Under the pieces are notes generated by a model. It was not told the DNA's origin, searched no databases, and saw nothing but the letters and a program-made list of their open reading frames with translations. A stretch of 64,000 nucleotides of DNA, taken from NCBI RefSeq assembly GCF_009914755.1, contig NC_060929.1; one strand, 5' to 3'. The position numbers and the translations under genes are program-made. Of this stretch, positions 60,300-64,000 are shown in pieces; positions within the stretch are counted from its first letter, which is position 1; each line of letters opens with the position of its first letter. This DNA comes from the human T2T-CHM13v2.0 reference genome, Homo sapiens.

Positions 60300-61075
60300 T
60301 GAAAACATCTTGAATTGAAAAAAAAAACTTTCTATTTTCTCTGAGGAGACTATATGGGAAATAGATTATTGCTTGATAATGGAAACTATATAGTCAATAT
60401 TATCATCCAAACATCACCTGTGTATTCTTGCAAAAAAAAAATCTTAAGTTTAATCAAGAACCCAGAAATTTAATAGAGTTTACAGAAAATATAGTGCATT
60501 AGGGAAGATGTTAAACGTGAAGAAATAATCTGAGAAATAATGTAGAACTTGACAATTAATGTAAAATCTTCTAATATCACAGTCACGAAAAATGCTTAAA
60601 AAGGTTAGAGTCACTAAGAAATCATTGCATTGCAGGCTAAAAAAACACAAAAAATGTCACTTAAAGCAAAACAATCAAACATAACTCATGTTGCTTTTTT
60701 GTTTGTTTTGGTTCCTGGTTTAGAAAAGCAAACTCTATGAAAGATATTTCTGATAATAAAACAAAATTCCTGAGAAAAATTTGAGTTTGGATTTGATATT
60801 AGATGATAAGATGATTATTTTAATTTAGTCAATTGTGGTAATTATATTATAGATGTAGGGATGTAGCATTTCTTTATTCTTATGAAATATTTAATAAATA
60901 TTTAGAGATGAATTGTCATGATTTTTCTGACACAAATTCAGATTGAGAGAGAGAGAGAATAAGAGAAAGCAAATATACAAAAATAATAGTTGTTGAATCT
61001 AGGTGGAAGACTTATGGGTGTCTATTGTACAATTCTGTCAACTCATTTATATCTAAAAATTAATAAAATTTGGGA
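60300..61075 (+). mobile_element. Old L1M (MC/ME-like) 3'UTR fragments
   Basis: gatattagatgata..., gaaatattt...gagatgaa, aagcaaatat...gttgaatctaggtggaag...atgggtgtctattgtacaattct. Confidence 0.6.
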
Positions 61076-63775
61076 AGTAAATATCATTAAGTGCTGACAT
61101 GTAACTAAAAGTTATACAGAACTTTATAATCTAAAAATTTGTCTCTAGAAAAATTATCGGCTGCTTGATAAAGCTAATTGTGTTAAGGGCTTATTAATGA
61201 TTCTGTGGATTTCTTTGAATAACAGGTTTTGCAATGGGAAGACTAAATTTTTTACATTATTTGTATTTAGTATTTTTAACAGGTCAATAGCTTGTTAATT
61301 AAAATATGTGGCTGTAAACTTGGCATGCGGTCATATTTCTCCCTAGATAACAAATAACTTTCCTTCTCTTGCTATGGAATTTAAGTCATGCACTTATATG
61401 AAGATAGATGGATTTCCCAGTAAATTCACAAACAGTTTAAAGTACAAACAAGGCCAGAAGATACACACACATCACTACCATCATAAATATTTGATAATGA
61501 TTATTTTCAAAAGACATGAAAGAAATTAGCATATGAAATATGAGTCTTTTGTGACTCCTTTCGTATTTTTATTTTAAACGTTTTTTAAAACTTTTTTTTT
61601 CCACTGTGTGTATGTGGATAGCGGATTTTAGACAGTTGGTACCATAGTTTGTTCAGTGAAGTTCTTAAATTATAATTGAAAACACAGGCTTAATGACTGC
61701 CAGGCATGACAGACACCGAAGGGCTGAAGACCCATCATGAAGCTCAGAACAAATGCAGCATTTAATTTAATTTTAATAAAGTGAGAAGCAAGATGTATAA
61801 ATCAGAATTACATTCAAATCTAAAGAAGCCTTAGTATGTTTTTTTAGGAAGGGTCAAGGCCCATTTATCTGAGTGAACCTGAAAGATTTAATGTTTAGAA
61901 CAGCTGGAATACCTCTGCAGGAAACTGTTATCCTCTCTTTGGAAAGGTGTCACCAAAGATTCACTTAAAGTCAGCCTTTGCCCAGCTCCCATTTCTACTT
62001 TGTTGCTATGCGAATGACCCAGTGACCCCAACTCCTGACATTCTTCTCCAAGCCCAGCATCCTTTACAGCTTGTACTTATATTTACAGAGAAGAAGATGA
62101 GGGTCCCAACTTGCCTAAATTTCGTCTATCTTGTGATGGAATTAAGTGTTGAATAAAAGTCCTGCTCAGTTTCACTATTCTGTGGTTAGGAAAAATAGTG
62201 GGCAGTTGTGGATAAACTGGGGAGTGATTTGTCTATAGTGTTTGGGGTTATGGGCAATTGGAGAATCGGAGTGAATCTGTTAGATTATGGAATCAGAAAA
62301 ACCGTATCATCAGTAATCGGCACACGGCCATGGTTAGGAAGCATTCTGTAATCACAAAGAATGACCCACATCATGACCATATGTTGAATACTGTCATTTT
62401 GATTAATGTAAGCCATTTTTTTTGTTCTAAAAAGATCCGGCTATGATTCAGATTTTAAAGGCTAGCCTTTTAGAATATTAGATTTCCAACACATCATGCA
62501 AAGATGCCTGTATAAAATTGAGATTCGTTTAAAATATTTATCAAATTATTCAATATTATGTCATTCCAGACATTCATAGACCAATGATTAATTTTTATCA
62601 ATAGTGAATAAACTCAAACTCTCTGTCAATTTCATGCATAGACAGCATATAATTCATTAATAGTGGATAAAGTCAATTTTTCTGTCAATTTCATGTGCAG
62701 ACAAATGTGCAGATTTGTTTGCTTTTAAAGTCCATTGTATTTATATTTCACTTACAGTTAGGCACATTGCTTTGGTAAATAAATTCTGTGAAACAAAAAC
62801 AAATAAAAATCTTCTCTTTAGCCCCTTTAGTTTATCATTCTAAATTGTATAATATGGGAATAAGGGAATAAATAAATAAAGTATATTTAATCAAATATGT
62901 CAATTTGAGTAATTTATATTAAATTTAAAAATAAAATTTATGTCACATAAATCAACCCATAAAAGAAGCATTACGGGTGTATAGTTATTACATAATATCT
63001 TAATGCTAGACCTGAAAAAGTCATCTAATCAATATTTTATTTGAAGAATTTGAGACATGGAAGGTTGAGCTAATCAAGATCATAAGATTAATTGGTAAGA
63101 AAGCTGGCAGTAAAACTAATATTTGCCAACAAACTTTCTAAGTGCTCTCTAAGATTATACAATACAAGTAGAACAGAGTGCAAAATTACAGTTTCCAATG
63201 ATATGATGCATTTTTTTCCTCTGAGGTTGTAAGTGCAGACATGAAGGGAAAGCTTGAATTAAAAATTGTTCAGGCATTTTATTCAAATTGATCAAAAACT
63301 CAACTTTTGTTTAATGCAAAATTGCTACATGTTATCCTTTGTTGATAGGTAGAAATGCTTCTATTAAAAGTTCTAAGAGGGTCAAATATGTGTTCTGTAA
63401 GTATAACAGCTGCATGAGCATAAAACATAATTTACCAGATGAATTAATTATGCAAACATTCTAACAACATATGTAATTATTATGGTGCTTTTACTGCCTG
63501 CTTGCCAAGAAACATTCCTAATATGTGATGAAACCACTTTGCATTACAAGAAAAATGAGAAATAGTTTGGCACAATTGGGTATAAAATTTAATAATCATC
63601 ACAAAGGACTGATTGATGCTACTTCAGTCTTAGTATTGAAAATGGGAATTCAGTTATAGCATTAGTTTATGGTTTGAGCTTTGTGGATCTTCCACCAGTT
63701 AATACTAATGAAACTTTAATTTATTTTCGAGACTTGCTGTTTGCTGTGAAAAGTTGATTATTAAAATCACTTTCA

Positions 63776-64000
63776 GGTGGGGCGCGGTAATCCTAGCACT
63801 TTGGGAGGCTGAGGTGGGTGGATTGCCTGAGCTCAGGAGTTCGAGACCAGCCTGGGCAACACTGTGAAATCCCGTTTCTACTAAAATACAAAAAATTAGT
63901 CTGGCGTGGTGGTGCGTGCCTGTAGTCCCAGCTACTCTGGAGGCTGAGGCAAGAGAATTGCTTGAACCCAGGAGGCGGAGGTTGCAGTGAGCCGAGATGG
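63776..64000 (+). mobile_element. AluS-type element truncated by the window end, with a ~13-bp deletion in the A-box region
   Basis: ggcgcggt is joined directly to aatcctagcactttggg. The remainder is canonical Alu. Confidence 0.92.

Overview
This is AT-rich primate (human or great-ape) genomic DNA, either intergenic or deep intronic, and most of it is interspersed repeats: Alu, L1, MaLR/ERV1/ERVL LTRs, MIR/L2 and one MER2. I find no supportable host protein-coding exon, RNA gene or CRISPR array. The listed ORFs are repeat-derived or chance. The largest structure is an 11.3 kb MER4-type provirus (25138-36461) with two LTRs, a tRNA-Arg primer site, a polypurine tract and an AATT target-site duplication (TSD). 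It sits inside an MST LTR and is itself interrupted by an internally deleted L1. Its most unusual feature is a ~1.15 kb stretch of colinear class III (ERV-L-like) gag-pro-pol-RNase H motifs with the RT core missing. Other notable events are two twin-priming L1 inversions (one only ~110 bp), a HERV-W LTR17 inside an Alu, an Alu-in-Alu with a (CA)n arising in its TSD, a 116-bp copy of an L1 junction 1.18 kb downstream, and a young AluYa-type insertion. Repeat family names come from recalled consensus sequences, not a database search. Boundaries of old repeats are approximate. I cannot claim a new functional biological system from the sequence alone.
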